A DNA stretch of 51,345 nt from Girardia tigrina. Its lineage: Eukaryota. Both the position numbers and the translations under genes were made by a program. The stretch lies in contig MQRK01196038.1 of assembly GCA_001938485.1 (NCBI GenBank), forward strand, positions 1-51,345. The letters run 5' to 3'. The notes under the pieces are model-generated. The model was not told the DNA's origin. It ran no database searches and worked only from the letters and a program-made list of their open reading frames with translations. This document shows positions 49,905-51,345 of the stretch, one piece after another; the first letter of the stretch is position 1, and the number at the start of each line of letters is the position of its first letter.

Positions 49905-50559
49905 TTCTTAAATATATTGACTCTAAACAAACAGAATTCTATTTTATTTTGTTAATAATCTGATTTTAAACATTTAAATTTTGATTACTGTATAATTTTG
50001 TGCGTCATAAAAGTTGGAACAAGATAGTAGGGTCGAAATAGAAACAAAACATAAAAATTATCACGGACTTCCTACGTTTCCCTATTTAATATATACAAAT
50101 GATGGAATGCCAGGATGTCCTGTCGAAAGATGGGAGAAATCTTACTAGATTTTAGGAAACTCGTAAGAGAGAAGAATAAAGAACCATTTTATATCATTCA
50201 ACCGAACGAAGTATTTATTAATTAATTTTATAAGATAGACCAGCTAAAAATGTTGCAAATATGATGATCAAGCTAGATAATTCAAAACCAGTTCATTGTC
50301 GACCACGATGGACTATCGTTTCATTTGTACAGTACACCTAAACAACCATGCTCGTGTTGATAAAATTGAAGATTCGACAATTAAAATGTATTACATTGAA
50401 TTTGTTAATCTTTATATCATCTTTTGTAAGACGAAAAAATTTCGGTGTAAAAGGGGACAATTTTTCATACATACGTTGCCTTAATTCCATGTTATTCTTC
50501 GGGTCTCCGTCCCATTTGTCATGGGGGTCAATTAGTCAAATTATGTGATATTGACAGAA

Positions 50560-51003
50560 TAATATTATTTATATTCTCATTAATTTAAATAAATTTATTA
50601 ATTAAAATGTATTTTATAATATTTGATATTGACCAGGGGGACGGGAGAACACTTTTCAATTTTTGTAAAAGAAAATCATTTCATCAAACAACTTTATTCT
50701 GTCTCGTTGGAAATAAATTGAAAAAAAAATTTTCTGTTTATAAAGAATAAATTTCGTTTTGAGATGGACGAAAAAAATGATTTTCGTGACAAAATAATTC
50801 AGAATTAAAAAAATAGTTGGATTTTATCCCCGAGAATATTTATACATAATTGGAGCTTCAATTTTGACTGGTTTTAGACAGAATTATTTGCAATTTTTAA
50901 TATCTTCCAACTGAGAAATTTTCTTGTTTAAGGAATTAATATTATTTATATTCTCATTAATTTAAATAAATTTATTAATTAAAATGTATTTTATAATATT
51001 TGA
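50560..51003 (+). repeat. Identical 67-bp direct repeats (50560-50626, 50937-51003) around a 310-bp spacer
   Basis: TAATATTATTTATATTCTCATTAATTTAAATAAATTTATTAATTAAAATGTATTTTATAATATTTGA occurs twice. Confidence 0.9.
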
Positions 51004-51089
51004 CATTCAAATGATTTTAATCTCTTTTTACTTTCACTGTAAATCTTTATTGTCTTTTTATTGTTTTTATTGTTTTTTTAATTTAACTT

Positions 51090-51345
51090 TGTGAGGGAAA
51101 ATTCTGAATGTTGTAAGTTTGTTGTTTTTATGCTGTTTAGATTTGTGATTCTCCTACTCAGATGGGATTGATATGTTATTTGATTAATTATTTAAATGTA
51201 ATGAGATTAATCTAATGAGATTAATTTAATGGTTTAAATACTAATTAATTGAAAAGTTTTATTATTATAAATTTTAATAATATTTTTAAGTAAAATATTT
51301 TAATAATATTTTAATTGTCACGGGTGTCAAAACTCGTACATCGGA
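51090..51345 (+). mobile_element. Divergent family B copy, 3' end not identified
   Basis: TGTGAGGGAAAATTCTGAATG ... TTGTGATTCTCCTACTCAGATGG. Confidence 0.6.

Noticed and set aside
1-51345. CRISPR array, Fanzor/TnpB, rRNA, tRNA
   Set aside because: No regularly spaced repeats, RuvC/zinc-finger motif set or recognisable structural RNA seen by eye; highly divergent cases cannot be excluded without searches.

Overview
Very AT-rich eukaryotic (invertebrate-like) genomic DNA with four long N gaps. I see no intact protein-coding gene, rRNA, tRNA or CRISPR array; the window is mostly decayed transposons. It holds about ten Tc1/mariner-superfamily relics. These include a well-preserved 1.55-kb long-TIR rosa/VS-like element with D-46-D catalytic spacing and an ITmD37E-like element nested in a mariner. 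Two Penelope-like GIY-YIG 3' ends are each followed by a minimal hammerhead ribozyme motif. There are two solo-LTR-like families. One has canonical TG..CA ends and a 5-bp TSD. The other has TG..TA(N) ends and includes a collapsed ~25-bp copy. Gypsy, Chapaev-like, hAT, piggyBac, Helitron and LINE remnants are also present, along with several long hairpins, a NOP56-like pseudogene fragment and one unassigned coding-like ORF. The most interesting features are the Penelope hammerheads, the non-canonical LTR-like family with its micro-copy, and the inverted capture of 327 bp of flank around the DD46D element. All family calls come from manual translation and motif recognition; no searches were run.
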